From: Armatimonadota bacterium
GTDB lineage: Bacteria; Armatimonadota; SYMT01
Direction: 5' to 3'
Assembly (NCBI GenBank): GCA_041690135.1
Contig: JAWLHY010000006.1
Location: 230,337-294,336 of the forward strand
Length of the DNA stretch: 64,000 nt
The notes beneath the pieces are model-generated. The model ran no database searches, was not told the DNA's origin, and worked only from the letters and a program-made list of their open reading frames with translations. This document shows positions 37,876-46,833 of the stretch, piece by piece; position 1 is the stretch's first letter; each line of letters opens with the position of its first letter. The position numbers and the translations under genes were made by a program.

Positions 37876-38211
37876 CTATTCGGCCGACACGCCGCCGCCC
37901 ATCCACAGGCGGGTCAGGGCCAGCAACCAGCCCAGCACGGCAAAAACAGCAGTGGTCAGTAGAAATGCACCGATCAGGAGCGGTACGCCCAGGATTCTCT
38001 CGCGCGCGAGGTTCTCAGGCGGCGCGCTGCTCGTCGGTTCCGCTGTGCGGAGGCACCGGATGCAGTAGTTCATCCGGTCCACGCGGGTCGAACACTCAAC
38101 GCACACTACCGTCCGGCACTGAACGCAGATTCCCACACCTTCTCGATCGGGATGGTTACGACATCGGAAAGTGTGCGGTAAGTTAGGGTGGTGCGTGTAG
38201 GGTTGCGACAT
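37876..38211 (-). CDS. B-box-like zinc-finger membrane protein
   Basis: CRNHPDREGVGICVQCRTVVCVEC...YCIRC followed by one TM helix. Confidence 0.8.
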   Translation of the reverse strand: MSQPYTHHPNLPHTFRCRNHPDREGVGICVQCRTVVCVECSTRVDRMNYCIRCLRTAEPTSSAPPENLARERILGVPLLIGAFLLTTAVFAVLGWLLALTRLWMGGGVSAE

Positions 38212-38467
38212 CGACTCGGCGTGGCTCTGCAGTGTATAACGGTTAGCGACTTCCCCGCGTTCCGTTCCACCCTGCGAGCGCGCTTTCCTTTAATGGCCCG
38301 CAACCCTACCGAGAGCGATCCGGCGCAGGAAGTTGTAGATCCGAACGTCAATATCAATTCTAGAGCGAACGACCAACCACCTGAAGGGTAGTCCACCTTT
38401 CGCATGCCGGTGTTTCAAGCCCGCCGGAATGTGGCTACGCTTTTAGGGTTTACGGCAGAGAAAAACC

Positions 38468-39325
38468 ATGGCCCAAACTTCAACCCGAATTCCAGAAGTG
38501 CTCGCCAAGCACGAGACCGCGCTTCTCGCCGCGTGGATAGGCGAACTCTCCGGCTCCATCCGACGACGGGATCTCATCAGCGAATCGGAGCTGCGGATCC
38601 AGTGTGAGGAGTTCATCCGCCTGGTGCGCGCGGCTTCCGAGAGCGGCAACATCAGTAACACTCAGGCTTCCGAGTGGGCGCCGGTCCGCGAAGTGCTGGG
38701 GGACCTGTCCCGCTCCCGTGCTCGGCAGGGCTTTACACCTCGTGAAACCGCCCTCTTCGTGTTCTCCTTCAAGAGCCCCCTTTTCAGCTGTTTGCGGGAG
38801 GAATACGGAAAGGACGCCGAAGGTCTCACCGACGACATCTGGAACGCGACGCAACTTCTGGATGGCCTGGGGCTCTGGACGACAGAAGTCTTCCAGCAGA
38901 CCCGGGAGGAAGTGATCGCCCGCCAGCAAGAGGAACTGATGGAGCTCTCCACGCCCGTCGTGAAGCTCTGGGACGGCATTCTCGCACTTCCGCTCATCGG
39001 CACACTCGACAGCGCCCGGACGCAGACGGTGATGGAGAACTTGCTCCAGCGGATCGTGGAAACCGAGGCGGAAGTCGCTATCATCGACATCACCGGCGTG
39101 CCCACGGTAGACACCCTCACCGCCCAGCACCTGATCAAGGCAATCACCGCTGCCCGGTTGATGGGCGCGGATTGCATCATCAGCGGCATCCGCCCGCAGA
39201 TCGCGCAAACTATCGTGCACCTGGGAGTTGACCTGGGTGAGGTGGTCACCAAGTCCAGCCTCGCCGACGCCTTCCAGTTGGCCCTGAAGCGCCGCGGCGT
39301 CGCGCTGCAGCGGCCTGCCGTCTGA
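38468..39325 (+). CDS. rsbR: Stressosome RsbR-type STAS protein
   Basis: ELSTPVVKLWDGILALPLIGTLDS, IDITGVPTVDT, GIRPQIAQT. N-terminal RsbRD_N-like helical domain. Confidence 0.93.
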   Translation: MAQTSTRIPEVLAKHETALLAAWIGELSGSIRRRDLISESELRIQCEEFIRLVRAASESGNISNTQASEWAPVREVLGDLSRSRARQGFTPRETALFVFSFKSPLFSCLREEYGKDAEGLTDDIWNATQLLDGLGLWTTEVFQQTREEVIARQQEELMELSTPVVKLWDGILALPLIGTLDSARTQTVMENLLQRIVETEAEVAIIDITGVPTVDTLTAQHLIKAITAARLMGADCIISGIRPQIAQTIVHLGVDLGEVVTKSSLADAFQLALKRRGVALQRPAV

Positions 39326-39338
39326 GGGGTAAAGTACC

Positions 39339-39695
39339 ATGGACCGGATTCCCATCCTTCGCATGGGCCCCTTCCTGCTCGTCACGATCCAGGTGGACAT
39401 GCATGATCAACTGGCGTTGACACTGCAGGATGACCTGACCAATAAGATCTCCGAAACCGGCGCCAAAGGTGTGCTGATCGATATCTCCTCTCTAGAGATG
39501 GTCGACTCGTTTATCGGGCGGGTTATTGCCAATATTGCGGCGATGGCACGCGTCCTCGACGCCCAAACGGTGGTCGTGGGGATGCAGCCTGCCGTGGCCA
39601 TCACCCTCGTGGAGCTCGGGCTCTCACTGCCGGGAGTGCGTACCGCGCTGAACGTGGAAAAGGGAATGGATCTCCTTCGGACCGCACTCGGCTAG
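39339..39695 (+). CDS. rsbS: Stressosome RsbS
   Basis: [14 protein letters not shown] (phospho-Ser motif), [14 protein letters not shown]. Confidence 0.95.
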   Translation: MDRIPILRMGPFLLVTIQVDMHDQLALTLQDDLTNKISETGAKGVLIDISSLEMVDSFIGRVIANIAAMARVLDAQTVVVGMQPAVAITLVELGLSLPGVRTALNVEKGMDLLRTALG

Positions 39696-39711
39696 ACGGG
39701 AACGCCAGAGA

Positions 39712-40119
39712 ATGCTTGCCGTCAAGAGAGAAGAGACCTATCCCATCCGCTCCGACGCGGACGTCGTGCTGGCCCGCCAGGCCGTCCGCAAGGCGGCTAC
39801 CAGTCTCAGCTTCAGCCTGGTGGACCAGACCAAAATCGTCACTGCTGCGAGCGAACTCGCGCGCAACGCCGTCATCCACGGTGGAGGCGGCCAGATGCGT
39901 CTTGAAGTAGTGGAACAGGGATTCCGCAAGGGCCTGCGCCTGGTGTTCGAAGACCAGGGGCCGGGCATTGCGGATATCGACCTGGCATTGAAGGACGGGT
40001 ATACCACGGGCAGCGGATTGGGTATGGGACTGAGTGGGTCCCGCCGGCTGGTCAATGAGTTCGAAATCGATTCGCGGCCGGGCGAAGGCACGCGTGTCAC
40101 TATCATCCGCTGGAAATAG
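39712..40119 (+). CDS. rsbT: Ser/Thr kinase RsbT
   Basis: TAASELARN, DQGPGIADIDLALKDGYTTGSGLGMGL. Confidence 0.95.
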   Translation: MLAVKREETYPIRSDADVVLARQAVRKAATSLSFSLVDQTKIVTAASELARNAVIHGGGGQMRLEVVEQGFRKGLRLVFEDQGPGIADIDLALKDGYTTGSGLGMGLSGSRRLVNEFEIDSRPGEGTRVTIIRWK

Positions 40120-40132
40120 CAGTGAAGCAGTA

Positions 40133-41161
40133 ATGAGAGAATCCGTGGTCCTGCCGATGCAGGAGCCGAGCCAGGTGGGCGAGGCGAGAAGAATCGCCGT
40201 GACCCTGGCCGACCGCGCCGGCTTCAGCGAAGAACGGCAGGGCCGCGTGGCCCTCATCGTTACGGAAGCCGGCACCAATCTCGTCCGCCATGCACACAAT
40301 GGCGAGCTGATCCTCACCCAATTGCGGCAATCCGGCGTGGCGGGCCTGGAGATGCTGGCCCTCGACCAGGGACCGGGTATCGAGCGTCTTGATGAATGTA
40401 TGCGCGACGGCTTCTCCACGGCAGGAACTGCCGGAGGAGGCATGGGAGCCATCCGCCGGATGTCGGACCAGTTCGATCTCTACACCCAACCCGGCGTAGG
40501 CACAGCGGTCGTGGCGCGCGTCTGGCAAAGCGCTCCAACGTCACGGCCCGCCGGGAATACCTCCGGGTTCGAGATCGGAGGGCTGAGTGCACCCCTCACC
40601 GGGGAAAGCCGCTGTGGCGATGCCTGGGCGTGTTGGGCAGATGAGCACCGCGCCGTTGTCATGGTAGCCGATGGCCTGGGACATGGTCCGGCCGCGGCGG
40701 ATGCCTCTGCGGAGGCGGTCGAATGCTTCTACGATCGCCCCGAATTATCACCGGACGAAATCCTGGAAGCCGTGCATCTGGCACTACGCGGCACTCGCGG
40801 TGCAGCGGTAGCGGTCTGCGAGATCCGTAGGACGCAAGGCAACGTTCGCTTTGCGGGGGTGGGCAATATCGGCGGCGTAATCGTCCGCCCCGAGGATTCG
40901 CAGCACATGGTTTCCCACCATGGCACCATCGGACACCTGGCGCGCCGGTTTCAATCCTTCACCTACGACTGGACGCCCGATTCCCTGCTCCTCATGTATT
41001 CCGATGGATTGACCTCCCAATGGCGGCTGGATCGTTATCCTGGCTTGATCGCCCGACATCCAAGCCTCATCGCGGGTACACTGTACCGGGACTTCAAACG
41101 AGAACGTGACGACACTTCGATAGTTGCCGTCCGTTATTCGTCCCCACGACCAAACTTTTAG
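40133..41161 (+). CDS. HATPase + SpoIIE/PP2C phosphatase fusion (RsbX-like)
   Basis: TEAGTNL, DQGPG, CGDAW, ADGLGHG, YSDGL, DDTS. Confidence 0.9.
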   Translation: MRESVVLPMQEPSQVGEARRIAVTLADRAGFSEERQGRVALIVTEAGTNLVRHAHNGELILTQLRQSGVAGLEMLALDQGPGIERLDECMRDGFSTAGTAGGGMGAIRRMSDQFDLYTQPGVGTAVVARVWQSAPTSRPAGNTSGFEIGGLSAPLTGESRCGDAWACWADEHRAVVMVADGLGHGPAAADASAEAVECFYDRPELSPDEILEAVHLALRGTRGAAVAVCEIRRTQGNVRFAGVGNIGGVIVRPEDSQHMVSHHGTIGHLARRFQSFTYDWTPDSLLLMYSDGLTSQWRLDRYPGLIARHPSLIAGTLYRDFKRERDDTSIVAVRYSSPRPNF

Positions 41162-41163
41162 CC

Positions 41164-43332
41164 ATGCCCGCTCGCCGGACTCGTATCCTCGTACTGAAAA
41201 TCGCAAGTGAACCCGATGTGGTGCTCGCCCGCCAGCGGGCCCGCCAGATTGCGGGAGCCCTGAGTTTCGACCCTCTCGACCAGACCCGGATCGCTACAGC
41301 CGTCTCCGAGATTGCGAGGAACGCCTACCAGTACGCCGGCGGCGGCACCGTCGAATACGCGGTGGAAGGTCAGAACCCCACCCTTTTCGAGGTGCGCATC
41401 CAGGACCAGGGCCCGGGTATCACCGAGCGCGCGAGGCGTGGGCGCGGTGATTGGAGCACCGGAGGATTGGGCATCGGCATCAGCGGCAGCCGGGCGCTGA
41501 TGGATCGCTTCGAGATCGAGTCAGTTCCAGGAAAGACCACCATTCTGCTGGGGAAGTATCTCCCCCACGCTGCCCCCCCGGTCACCAATAGTCTGCTCAA
41601 CAAGCTGTCCGGGGAGTTGACGGCGGCCCGTGATGGCGGCGCGTTACAAGAGGCACTTCAACAGAACCATGAGCTTCTTCAGGCCCTGGAAGATTTGTGC
41701 GCCCGCCAGTCGGAGATCGAGCAACTAAACGCGGAACTCGACGACACCAATCGCGGCGTGATGGCGCTGTACAGCGAACTCGAGGAGAAGGCCGAGTACC
41801 TGCGGCGGATCAACGACCAGAAGAGCCGGTTCTTCTCCAACATGAGCCATGAGTTCCGTACGCCGCTGAATGCCATTCTGAGTCTTTCCCGGCTGCTCCT
41901 GGACCGCATCGATGGAGAACTCACCCCGGAACAGGAAAAGCAGGTTACTTTCATCCGGCGTTCGGCCGAGGGACTTTCGGAACTGGTCAACGATCTCCTC
42001 GACATGGCCAAGGCCGAAGCGGGCAAGATCACCATTCGCCCCAGCGACTTCAGTGTCGATTCGCTTTTCGGCACGGTGCGCGGAATGCTGCGCCCCATCA
42101 TCAGCCCTGGACGTGTTGAGTTGTCCTTTGAAGATCCGGCCGGGATCTCCAACCTGCACACCGACGAAGGGAAACTGTCTCAGATCCTCCGCAACTTCAT
42201 TTCCAACGCGCTCAAGTTCACGGTGGAAGGCTCGGTTCGCGTCACTGCCAGTATGGGGCCGGCCGATACCGTCGTCTTTTCGGTCATTGATACGGGCATT
42301 GGGATCGCCCCGGAACAACAAGAGCGGGTTTTCGAAGAATTCGCGCAGGTCGAGGGTCCCATGCAGCACCGGTTCCGCGGTACCGGCCTGGGGCTGCCGC
42401 TCTCCAAGAAGCTTGCGGAACTGCTGGGGGGCACGGTCTCCCTGCATTCCGAGCCGGGAAAGGGTTCTACTTTCACCGTTCGAGTGCCCCGTATCTACTC
42501 CGGGCCCGCCGCCGTAGCCTATGTGCCGGAATCAGGATGGCAGATCGACCCAACCCGGACCCCGGTGCTGATCGTGGAGAGTGATCCGGAGACCCTCTTC
42601 ACCTATGAGACTATGCTGCGTGGCACCGGCTTCCAGGGGATTCCGGCGAGGAGCATCCAGGACGCCCGCAGAGCCATACGGGACGTACATCCGGCCGTCG
42701 TCGTGGTGGCACACCTCGAGGGCGCGAGCACCGCCGCCGACCTGGTGCGAGACTTCAAGGCCGACGCCCGCTACCGGGCGACTCCCATTCTTGCCGTGTC
42801 GCCACCCGAGTTCCACGAGATGCTGCGTCTATCCGGCGTGGACGGCTTTCTCAAGGGGCACTCGGATCGGGAGGGTTTCATCAAGCAACTCCAACGGGTA
42901 ACCCAGCGCACCCGTGACGACGTCATTCTCGCCATCGACGACGATCCGGTGGCCCGCTACCTCATGAAGCGCCTCCTGTCGGATACGCGTTATGAGTATG
43001 TCGAGGCCACCGGGGGTCGAGAGGGCCTTCGCATCGCGCGGATCGAGAAGCCTCAGGTGGTCCTGCTCGATCTCTCCATGCCGGACATGTCCGGGGCGGA
43101 AGTCCTGACTGAATTCCACAATGACGACGAACTCCGCGACGTACCTGTGTTGATCGTTACGGGATTGCCCCTCAGCGACGACGAACGGGACGAGCTCAGT
43201 GGCCGGTCAGCAGGGATTCTCTCCAAGCAGGCTCTATCACGCGAGGCACTCGTGAATGCCATTCGAGAGGTTCTGGAAGCCGGCGCGGGGGCGCACGGGT
43301 CAGGCGCCACGCGGGAGGCCGCCGGTGTCTGA
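41164..43332 (+). CDS. Hybrid histidine kinase: RsbT-like HATPase, HisKA, HATPase, pseudo-REC, REC
   Basis: ATAVSEIARNA, MSHEFRTPL, NFISNALKF, DTGIGI, GTGLGL, terminal LLDLSMP. Confidence 0.92.
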   Translation: MPARRTRILVLKIASEPDVVLARQRARQIAGALSFDPLDQTRIATAVSEIARNAYQYAGGGTVEYAVEGQNPTLFEVRIQDQGPGITERARRGRGDWSTGGLGIGISGSRALMDRFEIESVPGKTTILLGKYLPHAAPPVTNSLLNKLSGELTAARDGGALQEALQQNHELLQALEDLCARQSEIEQLNAELDDTNRGVMALYSELEEKAEYLRRINDQKSRFFSNMSHEFRTPLNAILSLSRLLLDRIDGELTPEQEKQVTFIRRSAEGLSELVNDLLDMAKAEAGKITIRPSDFSVDSLFGTVRGMLRPIISPGRVELSFEDPAGISNLHTDEGKLSQILRNFISNALKFTVEGSVRVTASMGPADTVVFSVIDTGIGIAPEQQERVFEEFAQVEGPMQHRFRGTGLGLPLSKKLAELLGGTVSLHSEPGKGSTFTVRVPRIYSGPAAVAYVPESGWQIDPTRTPVLIVESDPETLFTYETMLRGTGFQGIPARSIQDARRAIRDVHPAVVVVAHLEGASTAADLVRDFKADARYRATPILAVSPPEFHEMLRLSGVDGFLKGHSDREGFIKQLQRVTQRTRDDVILAIDDDPVARYLMKRLLSDTRYEYVEATGGREGLRIARIEKPQVVLLDLSMPDMSGAEVLTEFHNDDELRDVPVLIVTGLPLSDDERDELSGRSAGILSKQALSREALVNAIREVLEAGAGAHGSGATREAAGV

Positions 43333-43336
43333 ACCC

Positions 43337-45283
43337 ATGTCCAAGCGCATCGTGCTGGTGGACGACGACGAGCCGAACCGTTACGCCGTTGGCCGGATCT
43401 TACGGAACGCCGGGATGGAAGTCTTGGAGGCCGGACGCGGCGATGAGGCTCTCCTACTGGCGAAGGATAATCCCGACCTGGTCATTCTGGACGTCAACCT
43501 CCCCGACATGAACGGCATGGAAGTCTGCCGTCTCATCAAGACGAATCCGGCGACCGCTTGCATCCCCGTCATTCATCTTTCCGCGAGTAAGGTCCAATCT
43601 CGCCACCGGGTGCAAGGGCTGGAATCCGGAGCCGACGGCTACCTGATCCAACCAATTGAGCCGGAGGAATTGATCGCCACGGTGCACGCGTTGCTGCGCG
43701 CGCGCACCGCCGAGGCTGCGCTGCGGGCTGCGGCCCGGGAGTGGAAGACCACATTCGACGCACTGAGCGACGCGATTTGCCTGGTGGCGGCCGACGGCGA
43801 GCTCTTGCGATGGAACGCGGCCATGGCGGAGTTGATCGGTCCGCATGGAGAGTGCGAGGTCGGTTCCTCTTACCTCGCACTCCCTCGCGAGGTTCGCCTT
43901 CTGGGCTTTCCCCTCCTCGAAAGGGCCCTCGAAAGCGGAAAGCGGCAAACCACGGAAGGTCGGCTGGGAGAGAAATGGTTCCGCCTGGCTGCCGATCCGG
44001 TACTGGATGAGAGCGGCGAGGTTTCGGCGGTCGTGCAGATCCTCACCGATATCACGGACCTCAAACAACTGGAAGAGGCCGCCCGGCAACGTGCCGACGA
44101 TCTGGCGTCTGCCGCTCGAGCCAAGGACGAGTTCCTGGCCATGCTCGGTCACGAGCTCCGTAACCCGCTGGGAGCCATCAGCAACTCGCTTTACATCCTG
44201 AACCAGGTCGGTGGACAGAATGAGCCGGCAATCCGCCAGCGTTCGCTCCTCCTACGACAGATTGGCCACCTCACTCGCATGGTCGATGATCTTCTCGATG
44301 TGTCGCGGATCACCCGCGGTAAGATCGAGTTGCGGAGAGAGCCCGTCGACCTGCGTCAACTGGCGCTCAGCGCCGTGGCTCCGCTAGAGCCGATGATTGC
44401 GGGCAACCAGCAACGGCTTACGGTAACCCTTCCGGACGAGCCGGTAATGGTCCTGGCGGATACGACCCGCGTCGATCAAATCATCAGCAACCTGCTCAAC
44501 AACGCGTCCAAGTATACCGATGCGGGGGGAAGCATCCATCTGAGCCTCAAGATCGAGGCAGCGCCGGAAAGCTGCCGTTTGCTTCCAAGCGATCCCGAAC
44601 CCGCCGGATGCGCCGTCCTTCAGGTTGTCGACACCGGCATCGGCATTTCGCCCCAAATGCTGCCCCGCATCTTCGATCTTTTCGCGCAGGTGGACCAAAC
44701 CCTCGACCGTACGCGAGGGGGCCTGGGAATTGGGTTGACCCTCGTTAGAAACCTGGTGGAAATGCATCAAGGTACCATAACGGCGGAGAGTGCCGGTCCG
44801 GGACGGGGAAGTACCTTCACGGTCCACTTCCCACTTGCCGACGCAGCCGACCTGCTATCACCCGTAGCGGGTTCACCGGCTGCCGCCCCCGCCGGAGCGG
44901 AGGGTGAAAACCCGTTGGCACCCGCAACAACCCGCCGAGTTCTGGTGATCGAAGATCAGGAAGATGCTCGGGAAACACTCTGCGACTTGCTGGAACTATG
45001 GGGCTTTGAAGTGGTGGCGGCGAACTCCGGCTTGGACGGCCTGGAGCAGGTCCGTGGGTTCCGGCCGGACGTGGCGCTGATCGATATCGGGCTTCCAGGT
45101 CTATCCGGATACGAAGTGGCCAGAGCCGTGCGGGCCGAGCCGGAGTTCTCGCCGACCCGCCTGATCGCTCTGACCGGCTACGGACAGGAAGAGGATCGAC
45201 GGCGGGCGCAACAGGCGGGGTTTGACGAGCACCTCACGAAGCCCGTGGACCCGGAGGTCCTCCGACCGCTCCTGTGCCGGTAG
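43337..45283 (+). CDS. Hybrid histidine kinase: REC, PAS, HisKA, HATPase, REC
   Basis: LDVNLPD, LGHELRNPL, NLLNNASKY, GGLGIGL, IDIGLPG. Start at 43325 or 43337. Confidence 0.93.
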   Translation: MSKRIVLVDDDEPNRYAVGRILRNAGMEVLEAGRGDEALLLAKDNPDLVILDVNLPDMNGMEVCRLIKTNPATACIPVIHLSASKVQSRHRVQGLESGADGYLIQPIEPEELIATVHALLRARTAEAALRAAAREWKTTFDALSDAICLVAADGELLRWNAAMAELIGPHGECEVGSSYLALPREVRLLGFPLLERALESGKRQTTEGRLGEKWFRLAADPVLDESGEVSAVVQILTDITDLKQLEEAARQRADDLASAARAKDEFLAMLGHELRNPLGAISNSLYILNQVGGQNEPAIRQRSLLLRQIGHLTRMVDDLLDVSRITRGKIELRREPVDLRQLALSAVAPLEPMIAGNQQRLTVTLPDEPVMVLADTTRVDQIISNLLNNASKYTDAGGSIHLSLKIEAAPESCRLLPSDPEPAGCAVLQVVDTGIGISPQMLPRIFDLFAQVDQTLDRTRGGLGIGLTLVRNLVEMHQGTITAESAGPGRGSTFTVHFPLADAADLLSPVAGSPAAAPAGAEGENPLAPATTRRVLVIEDQEDARETLCDLLELWGFEVVAANSGLDGLEQVRGFRPDVALIDIGLPGLSGYEVARAVRAEPEFSPTRLIALTGYGQEEDRRRAQQAGFDEHLTKPVDPEVLRPLLCR

Positions 45284-45380
45284 AGCAGCCCACTTCCAGT
45301 GAAGCCCGCAAACCGTGGGAGGCGGAAATTCAGGACTCCCGGGCCGCTGCGGCGAACCTGCATCGGTATGGGAGACCCGC

Positions 45381-46805
45381 ATGTCACAGAATAGACCTCC
45401 ACGAACCAGGAGGAACCTGCCGATCTACCTTCAGGTGCTGGTTGGCGTCGTGCTCGGCGCGGCCCTGGGGGTGATCTTCGAAACCCGCCCCTACCTCTTC
45501 GGGCTACGCAACGACGACCTCGGCCAACTCGGGTTGCTCGTCATCCGCCTGCTCAAAGCCCTCGCCGTTCCCCTCATCCTCTTTGCCATCCTGGACGCCT
45601 TCGTGCGAACGCGCCTCTCCGCCCGCAGCGGTGGTCGGTTGGTTCTGATCTGTCTGGTGAATGTCACCGTCGCGATGACGATCGGCCTGCTGATCATGAA
45701 CACGCTGAAGCCGGGACTCCAGTGGCGCGGACGGATGGATGAGTTGCAAAGCCTGGTGCAAACCGCGTCGCACACCGCACCGGCACCGGCCGGCGCGGCA
45801 CCCCAGGTTTCCGCCCCCCAAACGGCAGCTAAAGCCGACGGACCGACTCTGAACCCGATCAAGAACATCGCGGGTTACGTTCCGGAGAGCCTGGTCGATC
45901 CCTTTGTAAAGAACAACGTGATCAGCGTGGTACTTCTGGCGCTTCTGCTGGGAGCCGCACTGCGCCGGGTCCGCGACGTACAGCGCGAAACGGGTGAGGA
46001 TACGATCGAGGCCGTCGAACGGTTCGTGAAGGCAAGTTACGAGATCTTCCTGCAAATGCTGGAGTGGGTCGTGCGGATGGTACCGTTCGCGGTCTTCGGC
46101 GTGGTCGCACAGGTAGTCGGCAAGTCCGGCCTGGGCATCTTCAGCATCCTCTGGGTCTTTCTCGGGACCGCCATGCTGGGGCTATCGATCCATGCCCTGC
46201 TCTACTATCCGTTGGTGGCCTGGCTGGTCGGCAAGAAGTCCCCACGGGAGTACATCGGCAAAGGCGCGGACGCGATCATCACCGGTCTTTCAATCAACAG
46301 CAGCCTGGCCACCGTCCCCGTCACCCTGCGCTGTCTCACCCAGAAGATGGGTGTTTCGGAGCAGTCCGCGCGCCTCTCGGCATGCGTGGGCACCAACCTG
46401 AACAACGATGGGGTCACCCTTTACGAGGCGATGGCCGCGCTCTTCCTTACCCAGGCGCTGGGGATGACCCTGGGCCTGGAGCAGCAATTCATCGTAGTGC
46501 TCGCCTCCATCATGGCCGGGGTGGGTATCGCGGGCATACCCGAAGCGGGGCTCGTGGTACTGCCGCTGGTGCTCGGCGCGGCCGGGCTGCCCGAGGGCGC
46601 CATCGCCGCCGCCATCCCGCTCATCATCCCCGTAGACTGGATCATCGCGCGCCTCCGCTCCGGCGTGAACGTGATGAGCGACATGCTGGTCGCTATTCTG
46701 CTCGACGTCGGCCGCAAGCCGGAGACCGAACCCGGCATCGGATCGGATGGCCAGGACGGTTCTTGTGTACTGGCGGATGCTGTCGCGGAGATGACCCCTC
46801 GCTAA
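45381..46805 (+). CDS. Dicarboxylate/amino acid:cation symporter (DAACS)
   Basis: Motifs NSSLATVP, GTNLNNDG, GIAGIP, VDWIIARLRSGVNV. Confidence 0.92.
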   Translation: MSQNRPPRTRRNLPIYLQVLVGVVLGAALGVIFETRPYLFGLRNDDLGQLGLLVIRLLKALAVPLILFAILDAFVRTRLSARSGGRLVLICLVNVTVAMTIGLLIMNTLKPGLQWRGRMDELQSLVQTASHTAPAPAGAAPQVSAPQTAAKADGPTLNPIKNIAGYVPESLVDPFVKNNVISVVLLALLLGAALRRVRDVQRETGEDTIEAVERFVKASYEIFLQMLEWVVRMVPFAVFGVVAQVVGKSGLGIFSILWVFLGTAMLGLSIHALLYYPLVAWLVGKKSPREYIGKGADAIITGLSINSSLATVPVTLRCLTQKMGVSEQSARLSACVGTNLNNDGVTLYEAMAALFLTQALGMTLGLEQQFIVVLASIMAGVGIAGIPEAGLVVLPLVLGAAGLPEGAIAAAIPLIIPVDWIIARLRSGVNVMSDMLVAILLDVGRKPETEPGIGSDGQDGSCVLADAVAEMTPR

Positions 46806-46833
46806 CCATCCTACGGGTTGAAACCCGCAAATC

